NCBI GenBank assembly: GCA_031409655.1 | Contig: JANNXQ010000032.1 | Span: forward strand, 35,984 to 99,983 | Direction of reading: 5' to 3' | Source: Chthoniobacteraceae bacterium | GTDB lineage: Bacteria > Verrucomicrobiota > Verrucomicrobiia > Chthoniobacterales > Chthoniobacteraceae | DNA length: 64,000 nucleotides | Shown: one piece after another, positions 8,697 through 18,025 of the stretch | Layout of the letters: every line of letters begins with the position of its first letter | How positions within the stretch are numbered: the first letter of the stretch is position 1 | Made by a program: the position numbers and the translations under genes | The notes under the pieces: model-generated | Seen by the model: the letters and a program-made list of their open reading frames with translations, nothing else | Databases searched by the model: none | Told to the model about the DNA's origin: nothing

Positions 8697-9989
8697 ATGA
8701 GCAGCGAAGCCAACTCCCGGCGGTCCACTTACATTCTCGTCGGGCTGATTCTAGGGGCCGTTCTCGGCGCGATGGCGCGCGCCTGGTGGGGCGGTCCGGG
8801 GCTCGACGCCGCCGTGGTCAATGTCATCAAACCGATCGGCTCGATCTTCCTGCGGCTCATCTTCATGGTGGTGGTGCCGCTGATCATCTCGGCGATCGTC
8901 CTCGGCGTGGTGGAACTCGGCGACGTCCGCCAGCTCGGGGCGGTCGGCTGGCGTTGCCTCGGGCTCACCCTGCTGCTTTCAGGCGCGAGCGTGGTCGTGG
9001 GGCTCGGCATGGTGAACATCTTTCAACCCGGACATCGGATCGATCCGACGCTGCGCGAAAAACTCGTCGAGCAATACACCACGCAAGCCGGCGAAAAGAT
9101 CGCGCAAGCCAGCGCGAAGAAACCGCTCTCGCAAACCCTGCTCGATCTCATCCCCCAGAATCCGCTGGAAGAATCCGTCAACGCCTTCAACCCCGAGAAG
9201 GCCAATGGCGGACTGATCGCGGTAATGGTTTTCAGCCTCTTCATCGGTGGCGCGATGATCATGCTCGCCCCGGAAACTGTGGCGCCGCTGAAGGCGCTGC
9301 TGGAGGCGATCTTCCGCGTGTGTCTAAAGATCATCGACTTCGCCATGACCCTGGCGCCGGTCTGCGTCACCTGCCTCAGCTTTGCGCTCACCGCCACGAC
9401 TGGCCTGGAACTGCTCGGCGCGCTCGGCGCGTATCTCGGCGTGGTGCTTGGGGGCATGGCGCTGCACCAGTTTGGCATCTACTCCGCGGTGCTCGCGCTG
9501 TTCGGACGAAAGTCGCCGCGCGCTTTTTTCCGCGAAGCGAAGGAGGCAATCGTCACGGCCTTCAGCACCTCTTCGAGCAATGCCACCCTGCCTGTCGCCA
9601 TCCGCGTCGCGGAGGAAAACCTGCGGCTGCCGCCGAAGATTTCGCGCTTCGTCCTGACCGTCGGCGCGAGCGCGAACCAGAACGGCACCGCGCTCTACGA
9701 AGGCGTCACCGTGCTTTTCCTGGCGCAAGTCTTCGGCGTCGAACTCTCGCTCGGCCAGCAACTCGTCGTCGCGCTGATGTGCATCCTCGCCGGAGTCGGC
9801 ACGGCGGGCGTGCCGGGCGGTTCGCTGCCCCTCGTGGTGGGCGTGCTCATGACCATCGGCGTCCCGGCGCAGGCCATCGCGATCATCCTTGGCATCGACC
9901 GCTTCCTCGATATGTGCCGCACCGCGCTGAATGTGACTGGGGACCTGGTGATCGCGACGGTGCTCTCGCGCGGCTCAGAGACCCGATGA
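8697..9989 (+). CDS. Dicarboxylate/amino acid:cation symporter (DAACS, GltP-like)
   Basis: AFSTSSSNATLP, NQNGTALYE, GTAGVPGG, DRFLDMCRTALNVTGD. Confidence 0.95.
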   Translation: MSSEANSRRSTYILVGLILGAVLGAMARAWWGGPGLDAAVVNVIKPIGSIFLRLIFMVVVPLIISAIVLGVVELGDVRQLGAVGWRCLGLTLLLSGASVVVGLGMVNIFQPGHRIDPTLREKLVEQYTTQAGEKIAQASAKKPLSQTLLDLIPQNPLEESVNAFNPEKANGGLIAVMVFSLFIGGAMIMLAPETVAPLKALLEAIFRVCLKIIDFAMTLAPVCVTCLSFALTATTGLELLGALGAYLGVVLGGMALHQFGIYSAVLALFGRKSPRAFFREAKEAIVTAFSTSSSNATLPVAIRVAEENLRLPPKISRFVLTVGASANQNGTALYEGVTVLFLAQVFGVELSLGQQLVVALMCILAGVGTAGVPGGSLPLVVGVLMTIGVPAQAIAIILGIDRFLDMCRTALNVTGDLVIATVLSRGSETR

Positions 9990-10924
9990 AGGCGGCGGTC
10001 TGCACGCTCTTCGAAGGGCACTACCACCACGGCGTTGCGGTGCTGGTGAATTCGCTCCACGCACATGGCTTCCGCGGCACGGTGTGGATCGGGTTTCGCG
10101 GGGATTTGCCGCCATGGGCGGATGCGGCTCGCGAGACCGATGGCGGCGCGGAGATGAAGGTGGGCGTGGGCGTGACGCTGCGCTTCGTGCGACTTGCAAC
10201 CAAGGACCACCTGACCAACTACAAGGCGACCTTCATGCTCGAAGTCATGGAGCGCCATGATCCAGCAGCGGAGGCGGTCTTCTACTTCGATCCCGATATT
10301 GTCGTCGCGGGTCGTTGGGGATTCTATGAGGAATGGGTCGAGTGCGGCGTGGCACTTTGTGAAGACGTGAATTCACCCAAGCCCGAGACCCACCCGATCC
10401 GCGGCGCCTGGCGAAAGTTCGGCGCCACCCACGGTCTCACCCTGACCCCGCGCACTTCCTCCTATGTGAACGCCGGATTTATTGGCACGAGCCGAGAGGC
10501 GTTACCTTTCCTGCAAAGCTGGATCACCGTGCTCGAACTCCTGAAACGCGAGCACGACGTCGGCTCGATTCTGAATTGGGAAGACAAAGACCGCACCTTC
10601 GCATTCTTTCGCCCCGATCAAGATGCGCTCAATATGACGATCGAAGCGTCGCCGATCGCGTTAAGCATCGTGGGCAAAGACGGGATGGGTTTCAGTGGGG
10701 GCGGCTACATCATGTATCACGCCCTGGGCGCACCGAAGCCGTGGCGGAAGCACTTTATCTGGGAGGCAGTGAAAGGCTGGCCACCCACGACTCCCGACAA
10801 AGCCTTCGTCGCCCACGCGAACGGACCAATCGCGGTCTATTCCACCTTCGCGCTCGCGTGGCGGCGGTTCGCTCTGCTTGTGGCCGGAGCGATCTGCCGC
10901 GTCGTCCGCAAAGGCGGATGGTAA
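9986..10924 (+). CDS. Putative GT-A fold (GT8-like) glycosyltransferase
   Basis: Starts at the ATGA overlap (9986); VLVNSL, FYFDPDIVV (DxD), YVNAGF, DQDALN, H..G..KPW. Confidence 0.7.
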   Translation: MKAAVCTLFEGHYHHGVAVLVNSLHAHGFRGTVWIGFRGDLPPWADAARETDGGAEMKVGVGVTLRFVRLATKDHLTNYKATFMLEVMERHDPAAEAVFYFDPDIVVAGRWGFYEEWVECGVALCEDVNSPKPETHPIRGAWRKFGATHGLTLTPRTSSYVNAGFIGTSREALPFLQSWITVLELLKREHDVGSILNWEDKDRTFAFFRPDQDALNMTIEASPIALSIVGKDGMGFSGGGYIMYHALGAPKPWRKHFIWEAVKGWPPTTPDKAFVAHANGPIAVYSTFALAWRRFALLVAGAICRVVRKGGW

Positions 10925-10943
10925 AATACGCTCGCCGCTAACC

Positions 10944-10968
10944 TACTAAGTCGCTGCCGACCTTAGTA
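10944..10968. terminator. Hairpin between the convergent GT gene and rplK
   Basis: TACTAAGTCG-ctgc-CGA(c)CTTAGTA inverted repeat overlapping the rplK stop; no clear U-tract. Confidence 0.35.
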
Positions 10969-11388
10969 CTCGATCTCGACGCCCATCTGACGGGCCGTGC
11001 CGGCGATCGTCTTCGCTGCGGCCTTTTCGTCGCGAGCGTTCATATCCTTCATCTTGCGAGCGACGATCTCCGCCATCTGCTTCTTAGTCAGCTTGCCGAC
11101 CTTTTGCTTGTTCGGTTCCTTGCTGCCGGCGGCAATGTTCAGCGCCTTCTTGATGAGCGCGGAGGCCGGGGGTTGCTTGGTGATGAAGGTGAAGCTCTTG
11201 TCCTTATAGACGGTGATTACCACCGGAAGGATATCGCCCGCCTGCTTCTGCGTGGCGGCGTTGAACTCCTTGCAGAACGCCATGATGTTCACGCCTTGCT
11301 GACCGAGAGCGGGGCCCACGGGAGGCGCTGGGTTTGCGGCGCCTGCGGGGATCTGAAGTTTGATTGAACCGACGATTTCTTTAGCCAT
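10963..11388 (-). CDS. rplK: 50S ribosomal protein L11
   Basis: [34 protein letters not shown]...GTARQMG. Confidence 0.99.
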   Translation of the reverse strand: MAKEIVGSIKLQIPAGAANPAPPVGPALGQQGVNIMAFCKEFNAATQKQAGDILPVVITVYKDKSFTFITKQPPASALIKKALNIAAGSKEPNKQKVGKLTKKQMAEIVARKMKDMNARDEKAAAKTIAGTARQMGVEIEY

Positions 11389-11397
11389 CTGAGCGGA

Positions 11398-11484
11398 AGT
11401 TGAGAGTTGTTAGTTGAGAGTTGAGAGCCGTCCTGGGTGCGGGCTGAGGGTGAATGCTAATTCTTAAATGCCAATTCCTAAATG
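11398..11484. repeat. Short tandem heptamer-like repeats in the nusG-rplK spacer
   Basis: AGTTGAG-AGTTGTT-AGTTGAG-AGTTGAG plus two copies of ATGCYAATTCYTAAATG. Confidence 0.6.
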
Positions 11485-11486
11485 AC

Positions 11487-12071
11487 TTAGGCGCGTTCGA
11501 TCTGCCAGTATTCGAGTTCGACGATCGTTTCGCGGCCGAAAATGCTGACACTGACCCGCAGGCGGCCACGGTCCGGGTCGATTTCGGTGACGACGCCGTT
11601 CTGATTTTGGAAAGGCCCGTCGGAAACCTTGACGGTCTCGCCAATGGAGAAGCTGATCTTCGGCTTCACCGAATCCTCGGCCCCGCGCATCTGCGCGAGC
11701 ATGGCATCCACTTCATTCTGCCTCATCGGCACGGGGTGCGCCGGACGTCCGTCGCGCTCCTTGGTGCCGGCAAAGCCGATCACGCCCACGGTGTCCTTGA
11801 TGAAGTACCAAGTCTTGTCCACGAGTTGCCGATTATCATCGAGCATCCACATGTTCACGATGAGGTAACCGGGGTAAAACTTACGGGTCGTCTCGCTCTT
11901 CTTCCCGCGCTTGATCTCGGAAATCCGCTCGATGGGTAGAACCACATCGAACACGTAGTCGCCCATCTCCTCGGTCTTGACCCGCTTCACGAGATTGTCG
12001 TGAACCTTCTGCTCCTGTCCGGCGAGGACATGGACAACGAACCACTGTTTGCGCTTTTCTTCTTCAGTCAT
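11487..12071 (-). CDS. nusG: Transcription termination/antitermination factor NusG
   Basis: WFVVHV..GQE, KFYPGYL, KOW GETVKVSDGPF, VSIFGRET.VELEY. Confidence 0.99.
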   Translation of the reverse strand: MTEEEKRKQWFVVHVLAGQEQKVHDNLVKRVKTEEMGDYVFDVVLPIERISEIKRGKKSETTRKFYPGYLIVNMWMLDDNRQLVDKTWYFIKDTVGVIGFAGTKERDGRPAHPVPMRQNEVDAMLAQMRGAEDSVKPKISFSIGETVKVSDGPFQNQNGVVTEIDPDRGRLRVSVSIFGRETIVELEYWQIERA

Positions 12072-12082
12072 GGGGTGATCGG

Positions 12083-12388
12083 TTACTTCAGCAACTTGCC
12101 CATGACGACCGTCATCATGAAATCCCAGCCAGCGACATAGCCGCTGAGGAGGAGCATGGCGATGATGACGACGAGCGTCGAGTCGATGAGTTCTTTATAC
12201 TTCTTCGAGCCTTTTTCCTTCGGCTCCCAAGGCCACGAAGCCTTCGCGAGTTCGACTCTCACTTCACCGGTGAAATCACGGATGTGCTTCCGGTAATAGA
12301 GGAGCGCCGCCAGCGCCGCAATCCCAACCAGCCACGTGAAAATCGTGATTGGCCAGCTACCACCGATAAGAAATAGATCCGGGTTCAT
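12083..12388 (-). CDS. secE: Preprotein translocase subunit SecE
   Basis: EVRVELAKASWP...EL..ST.VV; located between tRNA-Trp and nusG. Confidence 0.95.
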   Translation of the reverse strand: MNPDLFLIGGSWPITIFTWLVGIAALAALLYYRKHIRDFTGEVRVELAKASWPWEPKEKGSKKYKELIDSTLVVIIAMLLLSGYVAGWDFMMTVVMGKLLK

Positions 12389-12401
12389 TCAGGAAAGGGA
12401 G

Positions 12402-12474
12402 CACGCCAGGAGGGACTCGAACCCCCAACAAGCGGTTTTGGAGACCGCTGCTCTACCAATTGAGCTACTGGCGT
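12402..12474 (-). tRNA. tRNA-Trp (CCA)
   Basis: Cloverleaf: acceptor ACGCCAG/CTGGCGT, anticodon arm GCGGT-CT-CCA-AA-ACCGC, T-loop TTCGAGT; 3' CCA not encoded. Confidence 0.98.
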
Positions 12475-12482
12475 AAGGCTCG

Positions 12483-12573
12483 TCTCTTCCTCTTCCTCTT
12501 GACCTTCCTCTTCCTCGATGTTCCCCCCAGCGGGGAGGAAGATTAAGAGGAATTGGAGGAGGAAGATTTGGAG
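12483..12573. repeat. Inverted hexamer-repeat element (CTCTTC)n ... (GAGGAA)n between tuf and tRNA-Trp
   Basis: Pyrimidine arm ~12483-12516, purine arm ~12535-12573. Confidence 0.7.
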
Positions 12574-12577
12574 CAGT

Positions 12578-13774
12578 TTAGGGTGTGATGATTTCGGCGA
12601 TGCGGCCGGCACCGACGGTCTTGCCGCCTTCGCGGATGGCAAAGCGCATGGTCTTTTCCATGGCGACGGGGGTGATGAGTTCGACTTCGACCGAGACGTT
12701 ATCGCCAGGCATGACCATCTCGACACCATCTGGGAGTTTGACCGAGCCGGTCACGTCCGTGGTGCGGAAATAGAACTGCGGGCGGTAGTTCGAGAAGAAC
12801 GGGGTGTGACGGCCGCCTTCTTCTTTCGAGAGGACGTAGATCTCAGCCTTGAACTTGGTGTGGGGCTTGATCGAGCCGGGTTTGGCGATGACCATGCCGC
12901 GCTCGACGTCGTCCTTCTTGGTACCGCGGAGCAGCAGACCGACGTTGTCGCCGGCGCGCGCTTCGTCGAGCAGCTTACGGAACATTTCGATGTCGGTGAC
13001 CGTGGTCTTCGCCGTGGGGCGGATGCCGACGAGTTCGACTTCTTCCATCTTCTTAAGGATGCCGCGCTCGACACGACCGGTGGCGACGGTGCCGCGACCT
13101 TCGATGTTGAACACGTCTTCCACGGGCATCAGGAAGGGCAGATCGATCGGGCGATCCGGGAGCGGGATATACTCATCCACGGCGTCCATGAGATCGGCGA
13201 TGCACTTGGCGTCCGCGTGGTTCGGATCGGCGCAGGCAAGAGCCTTCACTGCGGAACCCTTGATGATTGGAATCTTGTCGCCGGGGAATTCGTAAACGTT
13301 GAGCAGGTCGCGCACTTCCATCTCGACGAGTTCGAGCAACTCGGGGTCATCGACCATGTCGCACTTGTTCATGAAAACGACGATCGAAGGCACGCCGACC
13401 TGGCGGGCAAGGAGAATATGCTCGCGGGTCTGCGGCATCGGGCCGTCCGCGGCGGAGACGACGAGGATCGCACCGTCCATCTGGGCGGCGCCGGTGATCA
13501 TGTTCTTCACGTAGTCGGCATGGCCGGGGCAGTCCACATGCGCGTAGTGGCGCTTCTCGGTCTGATACTCGACGTGCGCAGTATTGATGGTGATGCCGCG
13601 CGCCTTCTCCTCGGGAGCGGCGTCGATGTCGGCGTAGCCCTTGGCAACGGCGAATCCTTTCTTGGAAAGAATGGTGGTGATTGCCGCGGTGAGCGTGGTC
13701 TTGCCATGATCGACGTGGCCGATCGTGCCGACGTTCACATGCGGTTTGTTGCGTTCGAATTGCGCCTTTGCCAT
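12578..13774 (-). CDS. tuf: Elongation factor Tu
   Basis: [23 protein letters not shown], full-length 398 aa. Confidence 0.99.
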   Translation of the reverse strand: MAKAQFERNKPHVNVGTIGHVDHGKTTLTAAITTILSKKGFAVAKGYADIDAAPEEKARGITINTAHVEYQTEKRHYAHVDCPGHADYVKNMITGAAQMDGAILVVSAADGPMPQTREHILLARQVGVPSIVVFMNKCDMVDDPELLELVEMEVRDLLNVYEFPGDKIPIIKGSAVKALACADPNHADAKCIADLMDAVDEYIPLPDRPIDLPFLMPVEDVFNIEGRGTVATGRVERGILKKMEEVELVGIRPTAKTTVTDIEMFRKLLDEARAGDNVGLLLRGTKKDDVERGMVIAKPGSIKPHTKFKAEIYVLSKEEGGRHTPFFSNYRPQFYFRTTDVTGSVKLPDGVEMVMPGDNVSVEVELITPVAMEKTMRFAIREGGKTVGAGRIAEIITP

Positions 13775-13850
13775 ACGGTCAGGAGGTTGGTTGGTTGGTT
13801 TCTGTTGGTTGTTTTGGGATTAAAGCTGCGCCAGTGCGGAGTAAAGAGAG

Positions 13851-13923
13851 AGCCTGCGATCGGGATTGAACCGATGACCTCGTCCTTACCAAGGACGTGC
13901 TCTACCAACTGAGCTACGCAGGC
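13851..13923 (-). tRNA. tRNA-Thr (GGT)
   Basis: Acceptor GCCTGCG/CGCAGGC, anticodon arm CGTCC-TT-GGT-AA-GGACG, T-loop TTCAATC; CCA not encoded. Confidence 0.98.
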
Positions 13924-14055
13924 TTACTCTCCAGTGACTCACATCACCAGGCCGCTTGCCGGGTCAAAGAGGGCGAAAAAGCCCGCACCGAAGCGGGTTT
14001 GCGCCGCGATCGATTCAGGCTTGGTCGCGCTCTTCTCTCCGAAAAGCGAGTGCGG

Positions 14056-14083
14056 AAGCTAGCAAACCACCCCCCCCTGTCAA
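14056..14083 (-). promoter_or_regulatory. Sigma70-type promoter for the tRNA-Thr/tuf unit
   Basis: Minus strand TTGACA-16 nt-TAGCTT with extended TGn. Confidence 0.7.
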
Positions 14084-14368
14084 AATGAATTTCGGGAATC
14101 TTCTGCCCGCCTGCCCGGAGGCCCAAAAAGGGCGTCGACTCGCAATCACCGGACCCCAAAACTAGCCGAAGGCGCAGGCATTGCGGAATCGGCAGAGGTG
14201 CTCCTCACGAGAGCGGTGCGTCGTTGCACTCGGGCCCCACTTGGCGACTGAAAATCACCTTTCCCAGAGCGCCCTCTGCCTTGTCCAATCGCAGGACGCC
14301 GACGACACCTCGCGAGATGCGTCCCCTCCGCGCATCCTCGCTGGTGTCGATCGTTGTCGCTGCGGTGA

Positions 14369-14452
14369 GCCTGGGAGGGCCGCCGTCCCGTGCGGCCATC
14401 CCCTGCGCAACGCGGAGCGTTTACTCACGGCCAGACGGCGGCGCTCCCGGGC
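14369..14452. repeat. REPIN-like inverted repeat (GGGAG-GGCCGCCGTC ... GACGGCGGCGCTCCC)
   Basis: Terminal inverted arms directly after the PHP gene stop; one similar arm at ~27360-27375. Confidence 0.6.
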
Positions 14453-15726
14453 TACTTCGGGACGGCGGGCTGCGTCCAGGCGCGCTCGACTTCGCCTTCG
14501 GCGGATGGGTTCGCCTTCGGCTTCGTGGAGGTGATGCGGGCGCGGATGTAGAGTTCGTCGCCTGTGAAGGTGTAACCCGCGCTCGGGCCGGTGACCTTCG
14601 ACAGCATGGCGCCGACTTCCGCGCTGTAGCGGCGCGTGGTGCGCAGGGTCTCGCCTTCCTTGCCGAGCACGACTTCGCTTTTCGGGTCGTAGCCTTGGCG
14701 CGTGCCGAAGAATTCCGTGGTGTAAGTGACGCCCGGTTCGGTGGCGATCTCCACGGCGAGGCCGGTGGCGTCGCGGCGCACGTCTTTCAAGGTCACGCCG
14801 GAGCTGGCGTAGAAGTCGCCGGCTTCCATCGCGGTGACGAGCTTTGCGGCATCCAGAGAATCCGCGCGGACCATGACCCAGCCGCGGCCCGCGAGGCTCT
14901 TCTTCGGGTCGGCGGTGTGGTAGTTGTGTGCGTCGTCGGTGCCGACTCCGAAGACGACGGATTTGCCGAGCTGGCCGAGGCGGGCGGTGAGGATCACGTC
15001 CCAGATGCGGTCGGTACTGGCGTGCTGCTCGTCGCCATCGGTGAAGGTGCCGGGGTGCCCATTGTACACTTCGAAGAAGCGCTCGCGATCGACCTGCGCC
15101 ATCTCCTCGGCGGTGAGCGCCCATTTGAAGTTCGGATGATTGATGTGGGCAAACATCGGGACGCCAGTGCGCGCGCGCTGCTCGGCGACGGCGGCGAGGT
15201 TGTTTTCCAGTGTCTCGACGATGCTCTTCCCGCCCTGCGGTTTGATGAGTTCGCGCACATTGATCGCGCCCATGTGGATCGGCACCTTGATGAAATTGTC
15301 CGTGATCTCCTCGGCCTGGATCAGCAGGAATTGCTCGGGCTTCTCGAAGCGCCCACGGAATTCGCTGAGCATCTTCAGCCGCACCTGGCGCTGGCCATCC
15401 GCCTCGCGCTGCTCGACCCACGGCGCGCCGAACTTTGCCAAATACTTCGCAAACGCGGCCGCTCCACCTTTGTTCTTTTCAACGCTCACCCAGTACTCGT
15501 GATCGGCGAGGACATTGTGATCCGAGAGCGCGAGGAAATGGTAGCCGTGCTGCGCATACCAGTCGGCGATCATCTCCGGGTAATCGTCGCCATCGCTCCA
15601 CAGCGAGTGGGTGTGCAGATTGCCCTTCCACCAGCGGGCCGGCGACGCCGCAAAGCTCGTGGCCGCAAGCGCCGAAAGGGCGAGGATGAAAAGGAGCGGC
15701 GCGCGCTTGGACGGGGAGGAATTCAC
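14452..15726 (-). CDS. Secreted PHP-domain (CehA/McbA-like) metallohydrolase
   Basis: Signal peptide; KGNLHTHSLWSDG, LSDHN, INHPN, EVYNG, TDDAH; GTG start uncertain. Confidence 0.85.
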   Translation of the reverse strand: MNSSPSKRAPLLFILALSALAATSFAASPARWWKGNLHTHSLWSDGDDYPEMIADWYAQHGYHFLALSDHNVLADHEYWVSVEKNKGGAAAFAKYLAKFGAPWVEQREADGQRQVRLKMLSEFRGRFEKPEQFLLIQAEEITDNFIKVPIHMGAINVRELIKPQGGKSIVETLENNLAAVAEQRARTGVPMFAHINHPNFKWALTAEEMAQVDRERFFEVYNGHPGTFTDGDEQHASTDRIWDVILTARLGQLGKSVVFGVGTDDAHNYHTADPKKSLAGRGWVMVRADSLDAAKLVTAMEAGDFYASSGVTLKDVRRDATGLAVEIATEPGVTYTTEFFGTRQGYDPKSEVVLGKEGETLRTTRRYSAEVGAMLSKVTGPSAGYTFTGDELYIRARITSTKPKANPSAEGEVERAWTQPAVPK

Positions 15727-15783
15727 GCAGGCGATGTTGCGCGTGCGGTCGCGACCGCGGCAACGCAATTCCCCCTCGGGCCG

Positions 15784-16707
15784 CTACGCCTTGGCCTCAA
15801 ATTGCTGCATCACGCGGAAGATCCGATAGCGTTCGTCGATGTCCGCCTGCGTGAGGCTGCGCAACCGTTCGAGGCTGAAGGCTTCCACATTGAAACTCGC
15901 CAGCACGGAGCCCCAGACCACGGCCTTGGAAAGATCGGCGAAGGTGATGTCGCCTTGGCAAGTGCTGGCGAGATAACCCGCGAGACCGCCGGCAAAAGTA
16001 TCACCCGCACCAGTCGGATCGTGGATGTCTTCGAGCGGGTAGGCGCCGCAGGAGAAGAACTGCGCATTTTCCCCGAAGAGCAGGCACCCGTGCTCGCCCT
16101 TTTTCAGCGCGACGAAACGCGGGCCCATGCTCTGGATCTTGCGCCCGGCCTTGATCAGGCTGGTCTCGCCGGTGAGCTGGCGCGCTTCGCCGTCATTGAG
16201 GATGAGCATATCCACGCGGGCGAGCAGCGCCTTCAGGTCGTCGAGGGCGATGTTGATCCAGAGGTCCATGGTGTCCGCGATGACGAACCGCGGGCGCTGC
16301 ATCTGATCCAGGACGTGGCCCTGAAGACTGGGCGCGATATTCGCGAGGAGCACCAGCGGCGTCGCGCGATACGCATCGGGCAGCGCGGGCGTGAAATGCT
16401 CGAAGACGTTCAGCTCCACGCTGCGGGTCTCGCGCGTGTTCAGATCCCACATGTATTCGCCGGACCAGCGGAAGGTCTTGCCCGGCACGATTTGCAGTCC
16501 GGCGAGGTCGATCTTGCGGCTGCCAAAGTAGTCGATGTGCGACTTTGGAAAATCATCCCCGACGATGCCGACGAGATTCACTGGCCCGAAGAAACTGGCG
16601 CTGACGCTGGCATAACTGGCCGAGCCGCCGAGCAGATCAGCGTGTTCTTCGAGGGGAGTTTTGACGAAATCGAGCGCGATGGAACCAACGATGAGGACGG
16701 AGGACAT
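15784..16707 (-). CDS. PfkB/ribokinase-family carbohydrate kinase
   Basis: LGGSA, NDGEA, KKGEHG, DPTGAGDTFAGG. Confidence 0.95.
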   Translation of the reverse strand: MSSVLIVGSIALDFVKTPLEEHADLLGGSASYASVSASFFGPVNLVGIVGDDFPKSHIDYFGSRKIDLAGLQIVPGKTFRWSGEYMWDLNTRETRSVELNVFEHFTPALPDAYRATPLVLLANIAPSLQGHVLDQMQRPRFVIADTMDLWINIALDDLKALLARVDMLILNDGEARQLTGETSLIKAGRKIQSMGPRFVALKKGEHGCLLFGENAQFFSCGAYPLEDIHDPTGAGDTFAGGLAGYLASTCQGDITFADLSKAVVWGSVLASFNVEAFSLERLRSLTQADIDERYRIFRVMQQFEAKA

Positions 16708-16713
16708 GGGCAG

Positions 16714-16750
16714 TTAAGATTTAGGATTTAGCATTTAGCATTTGCAGATG
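16714..16750. repeat. Tandem heptamer-like repeats (ATTTAGG/ATTTAGC) in the asd-pfkB spacer
   Basis: AAG-ATTTAGG-ATTTAGC-ATTTAGC-ATTTGC. Confidence 0.55.
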
Positions 16751-16782
16751 GGCGCTGCGCGCGATGGGGTCGCGTGGCGCGG

Positions 16783-17793
16783 TTACTTTCCGCTACCGAG
16801 GCGCTCGGCGATTTGCACGGCGTTGAGCGCGGCGCCTTTGAGGAGTTGGTCGCCGGCGACCCAGAAGGCGAGGGCGTTGTCCAGGGCGCAGTCGTAGCGG
16901 AGGCGGCCGACCTGGCAGTTGTCCTTTTCGGCGGCGTAAAGCGGGAGCGGGTATTCGTTCTTCGCGGGGTTGTCCACCACGTCGAGGCCGGGCGCTTTGC
17001 CGAGGACTTCGCGGGCGCGATCGAGCGAGACTGGGCGCTCAAATTCCGCCGTCACCGCGACGGAATGCGCGCGATAGACCGGCACGCGGACGCAGGTCAC
17101 CGAAGCCTTGAAGGTCGGGTGATGCATGATGCGCCGGCCTTCGTTTTGCATCTTCATCTCTTCCTTCGTGTAGCCAGTCTCGAGGAAGTTATCGACGTGC
17201 GGCAGGACGTTGAAGGCGATCTGGTGCGGATACACTTTCTTCTCGATCGGCTCGCCATTGGCAATGGCCTGCACTTGCTGGCGCAGTTCCTCGATGGCCT
17301 GCGCGCCCGTGCCACTCACGGCCTGATAGCTGGAGGCAAAGATGCGCTTCACGCGGAATTCACGATGCAACGGGAAGAGCGCCATGAGCGTGATCGCGGT
17401 GGTGCAATTCGGATTCGCGATGATACCTTGGTGCTTCTCGATGTCGTCGCCATTGATTTCCGGGACGACGAGCGGCACGTGCGAGTCCATGCGGAAGCAC
17501 GAGGAATTATCCACCACCACACAGCCGGCCTGCACGGCGTGCGGCGCGAATTCTTTCGAAATACTCCCGCCGGCACTGAAGAGTGCGATATCGACCCCGG
17601 CGAAGGCATCCGCGGTGAGTTCCTGGATGGTGATCTCTTCGCCCTTGAAAGGCAGCGCCTTCCCCGCTGATCGCGCAGAGGCGAGCAGGGTGAGTTTGGA
17701 GACCGGAAACCCGCGTTTCTCGAGCGTCTTCATCATTTCGATGCCGACGGCTCCGGTGGCTCCAACGATGGCGACGTGCTTGGGATTGCTCAT
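16783..17793 (-). CDS. asd: Aspartate-semialdehyde dehydrogenase
   Basis: VGATGAVG, DNSS, VVPEIN, NPNCTT, YQAVSG.G, KGAALNAVQIAE. Confidence 0.98.
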   Translation of the reverse strand: MSNPKHVAIVGATGAVGIEMMKTLEKRGFPVSKLTLLASARSAGKALPFKGEEITIQELTADAFAGVDIALFSAGGSISKEFAPHAVQAGCVVVDNSSCFRMDSHVPLVVPEINGDDIEKHQGIIANPNCTTAITLMALFPLHREFRVKRIFASSYQAVSGTGAQAIEELRQQVQAIANGEPIEKKVYPHQIAFNVLPHVDNFLETGYTKEEMKMQNEGRRIMHHPTFKASVTCVRVPVYRAHSVAVTAEFERPVSLDRAREVLGKAPGLDVVDNPAKNEYPLPLYAAEKDNCQVGRLRYDCALDNALAFWVAGDQLLKGAALNAVQIAERLGSGK

Positions 17794-17892
17794 AAAAGCG
17801 GGCGCGCACCCTAGGGGCGGGGTCGGGCGGAGGCAAGCGCCGGAGGGAGGTGGGGCAAAGTTTGTGGAAAGATGGGGCCGGCGGCGGAAAGA

Positions 17893-17991
17893 AACGCCAA
17901 ACTTCAAACGCTAAACTTCAAACATCAAACACGGAGGGCCGGTCGCCGAGTTCGTTTGGCGTTTAGTGTTTAGCGTTTGAAGTTTGGCGTT
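17893..17991. repeat. Inverted heptamer-repeat element (AAACNNY)n ... (RNNGTTT)n
   Basis: AACGCCAAACTTCAAACGCTAAAC at left is the exact reverse complement of GTTTAGCGTTTGAAGTTTGGCGTT at right. Confidence 0.85.
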
Positions 17992-18025
17992 CATTCCCAG
18001 CCGTCCCGAACACCTCGCCCCTCGC

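Noticed and set aside
8465..9985. N-terminal extension of the 819-aa ORF 8465-10924
   Set aside because: Overlaps the DAACS gene out of frame; the credible protein starts at ATG 9986
13924..14050. Additional tRNA (Tyr/Gly) upstream of tRNA-Thr
   Set aside because: Only two hairpins; no T-loop or cloverleaf
14224..16731. 835-aa plus-strand ORF, and similar long antisense ORFs such as 31560-33515, 47337-48953 and 52297-54183
   Set aside because: They lie opposite well-supported genes and are expected shadow frames
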